From assembly GCA_938003725.1 (NCBI GenBank), contig CALKXX010000093.1, forward strand, positions 1 through 47,278: a DNA stretch of 47,278 nucleotides. The letters are read 5' to 3'. The position numbers and the translations under genes are program-made. This document shows positions 19,148 to 28,791 of this stretch, piece by piece. A model generated the notes under the pieces. The model was not told where the DNA came from and searched no databases. It saw only the letters and a program-made list of their open reading frames with translations. Numbering within the stretch: the first letter of the stretch is position 1; each line of letters begins with the position of its first letter. This DNA is from an uncultured Sphingomonadaceae bacterium (GTDB lineage Bacteria > Pseudomonadota > Alphaproteobacteria > Sphingomonadales > Sphingomonadaceae).

Positions 19148-20323
19148 ATGACAGCCAATTCCGACAATGTATCGCCAATCTCTCTTGAGAACCCTTTGGG
19201 GACAGAATTTTCGCTGAGCCGCTTTGCCGAGGAATCAAGCAAGTGGCTCAGCCAGCATTATGTTGAAATCCTGATCGCGGCAGCCATTGGTGCGACGATA
19301 TTTTTCATGCTGGGCGGATTGAAACGCTATGCCGCTGCGCATGTCCGGGATCATGACGGGCTAGTTGGTTATCGAACAGTGTTCATTTCCGCGATCGCCA
19401 AAACCAGCAAGTTTTTCATGCTAATGGTCTCAGCCGAAACCATTATCAGCTTTTCAAGAGCGCCCGAGCTTTTGGAACGAATCATCCATGTCGTGTTTAC
19501 AATCTCGATTGTCGTCCAAGTCGCGATATGGCTTCGAGAGATCATTCTGGGTCTCGTTTTGCGAAAGACATCGCAGGATCCGGACCAGCACGAAACTCTA
19601 CAAAACGCGATGACATTGATCCGGCTACTTGTGACCGCTGTGCTCTTCGCGATTGCTTCAATCATGATCCTCGACAATTTGGGCGTGAATGTGACCGGGC
19701 TGATAGCGGGTCTGGGCGTTGGCGGGATTGCAATTGGTCTGGCGGCGCAGGGTATTTTTTCCGACCTTTTTGCCGCGCTATCGATCATTTTCGACAAGCC
19801 GTTTCGACGCGGCGAGACGATTAGCTATGATACGACCATCGGAACTATTGAGAAAATTGGATTAAAAAGCACTCGGCTTCGCGCGGTAACTGGCGAGGAG
19901 ATAATTATTTCCAACACCAATTTGCTCGACAAAGAAATTGTGAATATGACACAGCTGGCAAGGCGGCGGACACGCTTTGGGATTGGTGTGATTTATCAGA
20001 CCAACCCTGATGAAGCGCGCAGAATACCCGATTTATTGAAGGATATTGTCGAGTCCAACGGTGCCGTTTTCATTCGCTCTGGTTTTGTTGGTTTCGGCGA
20101 TAGCTCTATCAATTTTGAACTCGATTTCGATATTATGAGCAGCGAATATGAAGTGGTTTTCCAGGGGCGCCATTGCATTGGTCTGGCGATCTTGCAGAAG
20201 TTTAATGAGGAGGGGCTTGAGTTTGCCTATCCAACACAAACCACCTTTACCGCTGCGCCGGATGGAGAAATGATCATGCCCTATCCGGAGGGAGGCTTCG
20301 GTATCGCTGTTAAAGATCGCTAA
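19148..20323 (+). CDS. small-conductance mechanosensitive channel (MscS family)
   Basis: GLIAGLGVGGIAIGLAAQ, DKPFRRGETI, IGLKSTRLR and EFAYPTQT. Confidence 0.9.
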   Translation: MTANSDNVSPISLENPLGTEFSLSRFAEESSKWLSQHYVEILIAAAIGATIFFMLGGLKRYAAAHVRDHDGLVGYRTVFISAIAKTSKFFMLMVSAETIISFSRAPELLERIIHVVFTISIVVQVAIWLREIILGLVLRKTSQDPDQHETLQNAMTLIRLLVTAVLFAIASIMILDNLGVNVTGLIAGLGVGGIAIGLAAQGIFSDLFAALSIIFDKPFRRGETISYDTTIGTIEKIGLKSTRLRAVTGEEIIISNTNLLDKEIVNMTQLARRRTRFGIGVIYQTNPDEARRIPDLLKDIVESNGAVFIRSGFVGFGDSSINFELDFDIMSSEYEVVFQGRHCIGLAILQKFNEEGLEFAYPTQTTFTAAPDGEMIMPYPEGGFGIAVKDR

Positions 20324-20436
20324 TATGCCGTAACGGCATGACTTCTATTGCAACAAAATGCTTGTTAATCGTGCGATTAAAATAGACAATAGCACCAAAT
20401 CGCGACTCAATTTTTTACCAGAAAAAGGACATTCTC

Positions 20437-21615
20437 ATGCGTGATGCAGTCATCGTTTCCACAGCCCGCACTCCAATTGGCCGCGCCTATAAAGGGGCTT
20501 TCAATGCGACACCGGGACCTACTTTGGGGCACTATGCGGCAAAAGCTGCGGTAGAGCGGGCCGGAATCGATCCCGCACAAGTCGATGATGTTGTGTGGGG
20601 CAGCGCGCTACAACAGGGGTCTCAAGGGGGTAACCTTGCGCGGAACGTGGCACTACGTTCCGGTTTTCCGATCGATGTTCCCGGCATGACATTGGACCGG
20701 CAATGTTCATCCGGTCTGATGGCAATTGCAACTGCTTCGAAACAGGTAACCATGGATCGCATGGATTGCGTTATTGGCGGTGGACAGGAATCCATTTCGA
20801 CAGTGCAGACGCCGGAAATGCGCGTAGCACCCGACCCAGTCTTGCTCGCCATGCATGATGATATTTACATGCCTATGCTACAAACCGCGGAAGTGGTTGG
20901 AGAACGCTATGGTATCTCTCGTGAAGCTTGTGACGAATATGCGCTGCAGTCCCAGCAACGCACCGCTGCGGCTCAGGAAGCCGGCAAGTTCGACGATGAG
21001 ATAATCGAGGTCACCGCCACGATGGGTGTGAAGGATAAGGAAAGCGGCGAGATTTCTATGCATGAAATCACTTTGTCAAAAGACGAAGGCAACCGCCCAT
21101 CTACTACTCTTGAGGGCCTGCAGGGGCTTGGTCCGGTATTGGGTGAAGACAAATTAATTACCGCAGGCAACGCATCACAGCTGTCCGACGGCAGCGCAGC
21201 CAGTGTGGTTATGGAGGCGGCAGCGGCCGAAAAAGCCGGCCTTAATCCACTTGGTCGATATATCGGCATGGCGGTCGCGGGTACGAAACCTGATGAAATG
21301 GGCATCGGTCCGGTGTTCGCTATCCCAAAATTGCTTGAGCGTTTCGACCTGAAGATGGATGATATCGGGCTTTGGGAACTGAACGAGGCGTTTGCGGTGC
21401 AGGTCCTGTATTGCCAACAGAAACTGGGAATTCCCAATGAGACGTTGAATGTAAACGGCGGATCGATTTCGATCGGGCATCCCTATGGCATGACGGGTGC
21501 GCGGTGCACGGGCCACGCATTGATTGAAGGCAAGCGTCGCGGCGCGAAATATGCTGTCGTCACGATGTGTATCGGCGGCGGACAAGGCGCTGCTGGATTG
21601 TTTGAAATTCTCTAG
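20437..21615 (+). CDS. acetyl-CoA C-acyltransferase (thiolase)
   Basis: RQCSSGL, NEAFA, GHPYG and MCIGGGQG catalytic motifs. Confidence 0.95.
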   Translation: MRDAVIVSTARTPIGRAYKGAFNATPGPTLGHYAAKAAVERAGIDPAQVDDVVWGSALQQGSQGGNLARNVALRSGFPIDVPGMTLDRQCSSGLMAIATASKQVTMDRMDCVIGGGQESISTVQTPEMRVAPDPVLLAMHDDIYMPMLQTAEVVGERYGISREACDEYALQSQQRTAAAQEAGKFDDEIIEVTATMGVKDKESGEISMHEITLSKDEGNRPSTTLEGLQGLGPVLGEDKLITAGNASQLSDGSAASVVMEAAAAEKAGLNPLGRYIGMAVAGTKPDEMGIGPVFAIPKLLERFDLKMDDIGLWELNEAFAVQVLYCQQKLGIPNETLNVNGGSISIGHPYGMTGARCTGHALIEGKRRGAKYAVVTMCIGGGQGAAGLFEIL

Positions 21616-21682
21616 TCAATAATAGCTGAAGACAGTCGATGCAGATATTATCGGCTATCTTCATCCCATGAAAGGATTGAAT

Positions 21683-21976
21683 ATGTCAGCAGTAGGTGTT
21701 GTGGCGACTTTGACGGTCGCGGAAGGCAAAAACGCAGATTTTGAAGAAGCATTTTCCGAGTTGATGGCCGCAGTGGCCGCCAATGAACCCGGCAATGAGT
21801 TTTATTCGGTGTTTCAATGCAAGGACAATCCGCAGCAATATAAAGTGCTCGAACGTTATGTCGATCAAGCAGCATTGGATGCGCATGGAAAGTCGGATCA
21901 TTTTCGGGCTAGTGGGCCGAAACTAGCACCCTGTATGGCAGCTGCGCCCGTGATCGAATATCTCGACGCTATTTAG
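21683..21976 (+). CDS. antibiotic biosynthesis monooxygenase (putative quinol monooxygenase) family
   Basis: EPG...ERY..QAALDAH..SDHF pattern; ATG 21683 after AAAGGA. Confidence 0.85.
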   Translation: MSAVGVVATLTVAEGKNADFEEAFSELMAAVAANEPGNEFYSVFQCKDNPQQYKVLERYVDQAALDAHGKSDHFRASGPKLAPCMAAAPVIEYLDAI

Positions 21977-22949
21977 CCGTTGTTTCCGGCGGAGCAATTT
22001 TTCCGCCGGAAAAACGAAAATGCTCCGCTCGGTCTTTTGCCAAGAGAATTGGGCCGTCGAGATCGACCCACCGCGCGCGCTGTGCCAGAACGAAAGCCGG
22101 CTTGATGGCAAGCGATGTAGATAACATGCAGCCGACCATGATCTTTAGGCCGGCTGTTTGCGCTGCATCGGCCAGCCGGATCGCCTCTGTTAAACCTCCG
22201 GCTTTGTCCAATTTGATATTCACCGCGTCATAGTGGCTCGCAATCTTGTCGATATCTGCGCTGGTATGGCAACTCTCATCTGCGCACAGCGGAATGGCGG
22301 CACTGACGCCTGCAAGTCGATCATCCTGCCCCGCGGTGACGGGTTGTTCTACCAACTCTACGCCGAGTTTTGACAATGCCAACGTTTCTTCTGCTATATT
22401 AAGATTATTCCAGCTTTCATTGGCATCAACAATAAGACGCGCGCGAGGTGCTCCTTGATGAACGGCGGCAACGCGGGCGCGATCATTCTCGCCTGTAAGT
22501 TTCAATTTCAGAATAGGGAATTTGTCAGCCGCTGCTCTTGCATCGGCCTTCATCTGCAATGGTTCATTCAGTGAAATCGTAAATGCGGTGGAGAGCGGTC
22601 TGGGCACCGTTTGCTCAATCAACTGCCACAAAGGCATGTCGGTCCGGTTGGATTGCAAGTCCCATAAAGCGCAGTCCAGAGCGTTTCGGGCTGCGCCTCT
22701 TTCCATATTATGCAACAGAAACTGATGATCAAATACATCATACGCTTGGGTAAAGCTGTTGATCTGCAGAAGGCATTTCTCCGGCGTTTCTCCTTCGTAA
22801 TAAATCGGAGTTGCTTCGCCAATGCCCCGATGAACGCCGTCAAAAATCTCGCAAAAGATAACATCAACATATGTTTTGGTTCCGCGACTGATGATGAACG
22901 CGCCATCGACTGGCCAACGTTCTATTTTCGCAGAGACCTGTAATTTCAT
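21969..22949 (-). CDS. dipeptide epimerase (L-Ala-D/L-Glu epimerase, enolase superfamily)
   Basis: FIISRG, ARNALDCALWDL, KLK, VDANE, EQP, ADES, NIKLDKAGG and DLDG. Confidence 0.9.
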   Translation of the reverse strand: MKLQVSAKIERWPVDGAFIISRGTKTYVDVIFCEIFDGVHRGIGEATPIYYEGETPEKCLLQINSFTQAYDVFDHQFLLHNMERGAARNALDCALWDLQSNRTDMPLWQLIEQTVPRPLSTAFTISLNEPLQMKADARAAADKFPILKLKLTGENDRARVAAVHQGAPRARLIVDANESWNNLNIAEETLALSKLGVELVEQPVTAGQDDRLAGVSAAIPLCADESCHTSADIDKIASHYDAVNIKLDKAGGLTEAIRLADAAQTAGLKIMVGCMLSTSLAIKPAFVLAQRARWVDLDGPILLAKDRAEHFRFSGGKIAPPETTAK

Positions 22950-22986
22950 CCGCGCGGTCTAGCATCACCCAGTTCAAGTGAAAATT

Positions 22987-24084
22987 CTATTTTACAGAGA
23001 GTGATTTCGCAGGGTTCAGCGATGTCTGCTGAAGCAATCGCTGACCCGGTTTTTCGATCCAGTGATAGAGTATGGCAGACGATATGAAAGTGAGGACAAA
23101 GAATAGACCTATGAATATGGGAGGGACGTTCGCTGGATCATCGATGAATATGATTTTGAAAGCAATGAACAGCATGAAATGTACCAGATAGGTCGCGTAG
23201 CTAATCTCTCCAAAATAGTGCAATATTCTGTTGTTCAGTGGGTTCGTCTTTGCCTCTGAGTATATGGCCATAGAGAGTAACAGGCTGGAAAAGACGATTG
23301 GAATCGCGAGGGTTTCAGGGAGATATCCGGCCAGGAACATTCCAAAAAATGCGGCACCGAACAGGCTCGCACCCATAGCCTTTTGCCAATTCCCGCGCCA
23401 TCTCTGCCAAATGACACAGATGATGGTCCCGCAAATAAATTGCAACAGGCAGCGGACCAGGCCTGTCCTGGGAATATCATCGCCCAGCGTTTGAAAGCCA
23501 AGCCTGTCAAAATAGAAATGTATCGCAGTCACCAATATGGCAATGAAGACTACCAGCAGAGCCGTGGGAAACCTGTCCCATCTCGCATAAACCGCCAATA
23601 AGGGGAAAATGAGATAGGCCGCCATCTCGGTGCTGATGGACCAGGCCGGGTGGTTCCAGGTAAGTTGATCCGTGAAACCCCAGTTTTGCAGAAGCAGGAT
23701 GTGCATCGGCAATTCATATAGTGGGTAGCTGCTTTCGCTCTCTCGGCCAGTAGAAATCAGGACTGCGACGAACAGCATTGTCACCAAAACTATGAAAATG
23801 TGCAACGGCCAGATGCGCGCAATTCGGCGCCAATAGAATCCAAGCGAATAGCTGTTACCGTTATTTTCAAATCGCTGGGAATAGCTCAGCCAAATCACGA
23901 ATCCTGACAGTAAGAAAAAGAAATCTACTGCCAGATATCCCTTGGCGAGAAAATCCATCACGCCTTGCGGCAGGTAACTGCCCATACCCGTTCTAATATG
24001 GTAAAAGACTACAAACCACGCTGCTATGCCGCGCAGGCCCGTCAGTGCCCGCAGGTCGGGTTGCGCGTTGGCTTTCGTTACCAC
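22987..24084 (-). CDS. acyltransferase family 3 (OafA-like) membrane O-acyltransferase
   Basis: LTGLRGIAA, AVDFFFLLSGF, RRIARIWP, WSISTE and GEISYATYLVH. Start placed at GTG 24084, overlapping the upstream stop (the ORF extends to 24150). Confidence 0.88.
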   Translation of the reverse strand: MVTKANAQPDLRALTGLRGIAAWFVVFYHIRTGMGSYLPQGVMDFLAKGYLAVDFFFLLSGFVIWLSYSQRFENNGNSYSLGFYWRRIARIWPLHIFIVLVTMLFVAVLISTGRESESSYPLYELPMHILLLQNWGFTDQLTWNHPAWSISTEMAAYLIFPLLAVYARWDRFPTALLVVFIAILVTAIHFYFDRLGFQTLGDDIPRTGLVRCLLQFICGTIICVIWQRWRGNWQKAMGASLFGAAFFGMFLAGYLPETLAIPIVFSSLLLSMAIYSEAKTNPLNNRILHYFGEISYATYLVHFMLFIAFKIIFIDDPANVPPIFIGLFFVLTFISSAILYHWIEKPGQRLLQQTSLNPAKSLSVK

Positions 24085-25481
24085 GCCTTTGAACCCGCCG
24101 TAATTGACGGGCGAGCCGATAGCGCCACTTTTTTGGCGATTGGTCGCCATTTTGCCTCATTGGAACGGCGGGTCATATAGGTGTCCAGGCCGATTTGCAG
24201 GGCCACCAGCATGTAGACAAATGGCTGATAGGCGATCCCGACGAACAGCGCGCCGACGAGATAGATTATGTGCCCATGCTGTAGGGCAATGGCGAGGGGT
24301 GCGACCCATTGTTCGCTTTGTTTTCTTGTATCCTTGTAGCGCCGGCGGAGCACTTCCATCCGCCAAAGGCCGCCCAGGTGGATCATCAACCACAATGCTA
24401 GACCGGGGAAACCTTGCTCGCCCAGCATTTCAAAATAGCTGCTGTGAAATGCGCGGCCTTCATCAACGACTTCCACCGGGCCTTCGATCTCGACATCATA
24501 TTCGATTTCCCAGTCTGCCTTTTTGCCATCATCTGCCAGATCATAAGTGAGCCTGTTGGAAAGATAGACATCAAAGCCGCCGCCAAACGGGTTCTCCTTC
24601 ACATAGTCGATTGTCCAGCGCCAGACGGCAAGGCGGGTCGCCGCTGATTCGTCTGCTTCCACATTCTCAAGTGTACTCATGCGATCTGTGAAACTTTGCG
24701 GCAGGAACGGAATCGACATCAGTCCCAGTGTGACGGCCGCGCCGGCATAGAGAAAACGATGCTTGTTAAAGCGCAGTAGCAGCACAACCAGCACCGCTAT
24801 GCACACCAGACCGGTTCGTGCCTGTGTTCCGATTGGAATCAGCAGACAGGCAAAAATAAACGCCCCCGCAAATAGCCGGACCCGCCAATCGGGTGGGAAA
24901 ATAGTTCCGAATTTGGAGAGCCATAGCAGCAGGGGAATAATGGCAATCGCGACCATCGAAATGGTGCTGCCTTCAAACAACCCGTCATTCACATCGATCT
25001 GCATGATCAGGACGCCGTAACCGCCGCCGCCAACTGCGGTTTTTATCCCTCCCGCGATGATCAGCGTTCCTGCACAGAGCACCATGAACAGTGCGAGGGC
25101 CTCAATCCGGAGTTTGGTGCGCAGAGTCAGCGGAAGGAATATTGCGAAGATCATCGCTTTCCAAACCCAATCCCATTTGGTCCACGCTGATTCCGGAACG
25201 ACGGATTGAATGGTCGTATAAAAGCAGTAAAGCAACAGGACCACCATCAAGCCCTGCCGTACTGAAAACCGGGTGTCTTTCTTGTCGTCAGCGACCATGA
25301 ATCCCAGAAAAGCGAGGGCAAATACGATCATCGATATGGGGACGCTGTTGAGCATGAAATAGCTCAACCGCTGAGGCGCGACGATATCGACATAGGCATA
25401 GACCAATGTGAACAGAAACGGGCGCTTGAAGGCGATAAACAGCAAGGCCAGCAGATATCCGACGAAGACGAGATCACGCAT
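24078..25481 (-). CDS. putative O-glycosylation ligase, exosortase A system-associated (Wzy_C-like)
   Basis: MRDLVF start, YVDIVAPQRLSY, many TMs, ADESAATRL..W and FHSSYFEMLGEQGFPG ligase loop. Confidence 0.82.
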   Translation of the reverse strand: MRDLVFVGYLLALLFIAFKRPFLFTLVYAYVDIVAPQRLSYFMLNSVPISMIVFALAFLGFMVADDKKDTRFSVRQGLMVVLLLYCFYTTIQSVVPESAWTKWDWVWKAMIFAIFLPLTLRTKLRIEALALFMVLCAGTLIIAGGIKTAVGGGGYGVLIMQIDVNDGLFEGSTISMVAIAIIPLLLWLSKFGTIFPPDWRVRLFAGAFIFACLLIPIGTQARTGLVCIAVLVVLLLRFNKHRFLYAGAAVTLGLMSIPFLPQSFTDRMSTLENVEADESAATRLAVWRWTIDYVKENPFGGGFDVYLSNRLTYDLADDGKKADWEIEYDVEIEGPVEVVDEGRAFHSSYFEMLGEQGFPGLALWLMIHLGGLWRMEVLRRRYKDTRKQSEQWVAPLAIALQHGHIIYLVGALFVGIAYQPFVYMLVALQIGLDTYMTRRSNEAKWRPIAKKVALSARPSITAGSKAW

Positions 25482-25635
25482 CCCAATCTCCGCCGCTTTT
25501 TCTGGTTCCAAAGCCGGTTGGTTCTTTGTCCCTCTCCGGCGGATCTTCTAGGTCAAGGTCTTCACGGTGCACCAATCGCCACGCCGCCAACAGCAGCAGG
25601 CCATGGGTCAAAGCGAGGGCGAAATTGTCAATCAT
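25474..25635 (-). CDS. small hypothetical membrane protein (53 aa)
   Basis: MIDNFALALTHGLLLLAAWRL single TM with an acidic tail; its stop overlaps the ligase start. Confidence 0.6.
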   Translation of the reverse strand: MIDNFALALTHGLLLLAAWRLVHREDLDLEDPPERDKEPTGFGTRKSGGDWDA

Positions 25636-25716
25636 ATGGCCCGGAGCACCGTAAATCTGTGAACACATGAAATACGCACCGCGCGCATTCCTAATATCTG
25701 CGCGATACAGGCTTTG

Positions 25717-25733
25717 GGTTGACGGGACGTTAA
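25717..25733 (-). promoter_or_regulatory. CtrA-box-like site
   Basis: Minus strand TTAA-cgtcccg-TCAACC, one mismatch to TTAA-N7-TTAAC, between divergent glycosylation genes. Confidence 0.45.
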
Positions 25734-25758
25734 TCCTTTTCTGGCAGAGGCTTACGCC

Positions 25759-26991
25759 ATGACACGTGTCCTTCACATATTGGATCACAGCCTGCCGCTA
25801 CATAGCGGCTATTGCTTTCGCACTCGGGCTATCATGAAAGCTCAGATAGCACAGGGACTGACGGTTGCCGGAGTGACCGGCGTGCGTCAGGATCAAAATG
25901 GCTATCAAGCGAGTGCGCCAAAAGAAGAGGCCGATGGGCTTGAATTTTTCCGGACCCTTGCCGACGTTCAGGGGCCTTCGCCGGTCAGAGAGTGGCGAGA
26001 GGTGTCGGTATTCGCAGATCGCATTGCGCAAGTCGTCGCAGAATGGCGGCCCGATATCCTGCACGCACATTCGCCCGCACTAAACGGACTGGCGGCGCTT
26101 CGCATCGCCCAACGTACGGGGATTCCGTTAATTTATGAAATCCGCGCCTTTTGGGAAGATGCGGCGGTGGGCAATGGGACAGGGCGCGAGGGCAGCCCGC
26201 GTTATTGGCTGACACGGCAACTGGAAAACCATGTTGTTGGCGGCGCTGATGCGGTCGCAGTCATTTGTGAGGGATTGAAATCAGATCTGGTTTCACGCGG
26301 TGTTGCTGCTGACAAAATCACGGTATCGCCAAATGGCGTTGATATGGGAATGTTCGGCGCTCCACCTGCTCCGGACGAACGGCTACGCAGGGAGCTGGGG
26401 CTTGGCGGCAAATCGGTGCTTGGGTTTATCGGCAGTTTTTATGACTATGAAGGCCTGGATGATCTGATTGCTGCCATGCCGATCTTGGAAGAGCTGGAAT
26501 CAACTACCCATCTTTTATTGGTTGGCGGCGGACCGATGGAGGAGGCACTCAAGCAGCAGGTTGCCGATGCAGGTTGTGAGGGTATTGTCACATTCACCGG
26601 GCGGGTGCCGCATGATGAAGTGGAGCGCTATTATAGTCTGATGGATGTGATGGTATATCCGCGAAAATCGATGCGTCTGACAGACCTGGTCACACCTTTG
26701 AAGCCATTGGAGGCGATGGCGCAGGGGCGTATCGTTGCAGCGTCCGATGTAGGCGGTCACAAGGAACTGATCGAAGACGGCGTGACGGGTGTTCTATTCC
26801 CTGCTGGAAACCCGCAAAAAATCGCCGAAAAATTAGCAGATTTGCTGCATGCGCGTGAAAATTGGCCACAAACCATTGAAATAGCAAAGAAATTTGTTTC
26901 TGCAGATCGTAACTGGTCGTCAAACATTTTGCGTTACAATCCTGTTTACCAAAGGTTGATTGCTGGCAAACGGTTTGAGCAAGCAGCCTGA
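25759..26991 (+). CDS. GT4 glycosyltransferase, PEP-CTERM/exosortase A-associated type
   Basis: LHILDHSLPLHSGY, YEIRAFWEDAAVGNG, GSFYDYEG and LTDLVTPLKPLEAMA. Confidence 0.88.
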   Translation: MTRVLHILDHSLPLHSGYCFRTRAIMKAQIAQGLTVAGVTGVRQDQNGYQASAPKEEADGLEFFRTLADVQGPSPVREWREVSVFADRIAQVVAEWRPDILHAHSPALNGLAALRIAQRTGIPLIYEIRAFWEDAAVGNGTGREGSPRYWLTRQLENHVVGGADAVAVICEGLKSDLVSRGVAADKITVSPNGVDMGMFGAPPAPDERLRRELGLGGKSVLGFIGSFYDYEGLDDLIAAMPILEELESTTHLLLVGGGPMEEALKQQVADAGCEGIVTFTGRVPHDEVERYYSLMDVMVYPRKSMRLTDLVTPLKPLEAMAQGRIVAASDVGGHKELIEDGVTGVLFPAGNPQKIAEKLADLLHARENWPQTIEIAKKFVSADRNWSSNILRYNPVYQRLIAGKRFEQAA

Positions 26992-27007
26992 CCGGGTGGA
27001 GAAGAAT

Positions 27008-28108
27008 GTGGAACAGTTTGAACAGAATATAGAGCGTTTCAAGCAACCGGCGATGGCTATCGCGGGCGGCATCGGCGCGGCGCTTGTCGTTGCAACGCTT
27101 CCCCATGTCTATCTTGAAAACATAATCGGCGCGACTGGCCTGTCCGAAATCGTTCCGGCGGCGGCCCCCCCGCTAGGCAATACAGCACGCGGCCTGATCG
27201 CAGTCATGTCGGGCCTTGTTACAGCCTCGGCAATTTACTTTTTTATCAATCGCACTTCCAACAGTTCCAAGGAGGACTCCGATATGGGTCTGGCACTACC
27301 AAAATTTTCCGTTTCCGATGAAAGCGTGGAGGACGCCGGCAAAGCCAAGTTCAGCATGCCAAAATTCTCTTTGAAAAAGCTGTTGCAGAAACCAAGATCG
27401 AGCAAAAAGGACGGAAAGGTTACTGACCTGGCCGACTTGCCGAAACTGCGCGAGGCAGACAGTCATCCTGATGCCCCCGCACGCCGCCCAATTTTCGCAG
27501 ATGCGGATTTGGGTACGCCATTGGTCGATCAGATTAAACCATTTGAAAAAGCGGAAGAAACGCCAGATGCTGCGCTGCAGGAAAGCCCGGCGGAGCCAAA
27601 GGCCGCTTCGGCTCCATTTACGGCGGATAAATCTCTGTCGGTGCCGTCCCCAACAGAACAACCACTTGATCTGTCCGGCCGTGTTTCCGTTCCGGAATCA
27701 GAAACGGCGGTTTCCGCGCCTATGTCGGCCTCTATATGTGATGCAGTATCTGCTCCCCTATCCGACCCGCAGGAGATGCCCGACGAGACAAAGGAGGATA
27801 TGTCCTCGCTTTCGATCGCGCAACTCGCAGATCGTCTTGAAACAGGTTTGCAGCGGCTCAAGCAGCTTGAAATTCACAGCCGGGCCGCACTGGATCACCC
27901 ATCTCCGGCAGTGCAGCAGGTCGCCGAAACGGCCGCGGTACCAGGCGGCATCAATGTCACCAGTGCGGAAGAGCACGTACATACGCCTCCGCCGTTAAAG
28001 TCTGTCCAACCCAGCGAAGAAGATGTGCAGGCAGCACGGCAGGCGGACATGGATGCCGCGTTAAAGGCAGCATTGGGCACATTGGAGAAGATGACCGCCC
28101 AGCGCTGA
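27008..28108 (+). CDS. hypothetical membrane-anchored protein with long low-complexity region
   Basis: Two N-terminal hydrophobic segments, a P/A/S/E-rich middle and a C-terminal amphipathic helix. GTG 27008 follows GGAG (the ORF is open from 26960). Confidence 0.72.
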   Translation: MEQFEQNIERFKQPAMAIAGGIGAALVVATLPHVYLENIIGATGLSEIVPAAAPPLGNTARGLIAVMSGLVTASAIYFFINRTSNSSKEDSDMGLALPKFSVSDESVEDAGKAKFSMPKFSLKKLLQKPRSSKKDGKVTDLADLPKLREADSHPDAPARRPIFADADLGTPLVDQIKPFEKAEETPDAALQESPAEPKAASAPFTADKSLSVPSPTEQPLDLSGRVSVPESETAVSAPMSASICDAVSAPLSDPQEMPDETKEDMSSLSIAQLADRLETGLQRLKQLEIHSRAALDHPSPAVQQVAETAAVPGGINVTSAEEHVHTPPPLKSVQPSEEDVQAARQADMDAALKAALGTLEKMTAQR

Positions 28109-28116
28109 ACCGGGCT

Positions 28117-28464
28117 TTAGTCCGCCGTCACTACCGGATCGACGATGGTCAGGATTTCCAATTGGATTTCGGGCGAACCCTTGTCTCGTTCGCGGATCAG
28201 GAGATCTGCGACAAAATATCCGGGTAGCGCAAATTCGTGATCGGGCAGGGCACAAACCCGTTTGCTGATCGCATTCTGATCCGCCCCGCCGACCATCTGG
28301 ATTTCGAGATAATGCCGCGTGCCGGAAAAAGTGATGCTAGCCCACGGCTTTTCGCGTTTTAACGTCACGGCACAGGCGGTGCCGAGCAGCTCATTCAGCT
28401 GCTCGATCAACAACTCGGCGACATCGCGCCTGTGTGGGCGCGTGGAAATTTTCCTATCCGGCAT
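28117..28464 (-). CDS. hypothetical protein (PWASITFSGTRH motif)
   Basis: 115-aa ORF overlapping the stop of the Cro-like gene, so probably co-transcribed. Confidence 0.7.
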   Translation of the reverse strand: MPDRKISTRPHRRDVAELLIEQLNELLGTACAVTLKREKPWASITFSGTRHYLEIQMVGGADQNAISKRVCALPDHEFALPGYFVADLLIRERDKGSPEIQLEILTIVDPVVTAD

Positions 28465-28642
28465 GATCGGAACGCCATGTGTTCATGAAATGTTCCACTC
28501 GCTGCGATACTTTTTGACCCGGTTCACGGCCATTGCGCAAGTCTTCGACAAAGCGCGGATCGCGAACCGACAATCGGCCAAATTTGGTCCAAGGCATGTC
28601 TGTTTCGCGCATAAATTTTTCGATTTCCCTCAATAAATACAT
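28454..28642 (-). CDS. small Cro-like helix-turn-helix protein
   Basis: 62 aa, LLREIEKFMRETDMPWTKFGRLSVRDPRFVEDLRNGREPG; ATG 28642 after GGGAG; divergent from the S24 repressor. Confidence 0.7.
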   Translation of the reverse strand: MYLLREIEKFMRETDMPWTKFGRLSVRDPRFVEDLRNGREPGQKVSQRVEHFMNTWRSDHAG

Positions 28643-28702
28643 GATATATTCTCCCATTGGTTCTGGCACTGTGCGCGCATAAAATAACGGCGACTCGCTG
28701 TG

Positions 28703-28785
28703 ATAGGTAAAATCCTATTTGAAACGTGATTTCCTACAAGTCTAGGAAATATCCTATTGCCATTTTCGGCCAATATGGTTAGGGT
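28703..28785. promoter_or_regulatory. three tandem TAGG-N6-CCTA operators overlapping divergent promoters
   Basis: TAGGtaaaatCCTA (28704-28717), aacGtgatttCCTA (28723-28736) and TAGGaaatatCCTA (28743-28756). Promoter candidates: + TTGCCA-N17-TAGGGT and - TTGTAG-N16-TAGGAT. Confidence 0.7.
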
Positions 28786-28791
28786 CGATAA

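Noticed and set aside
27791-27802. Second internal AAGGAGG-ATG in the disordered protein
   Set aside because: The SD-ATG spacing is only 2 nt and the sequence is explained by Lys-Glu-Asp-Met codons.
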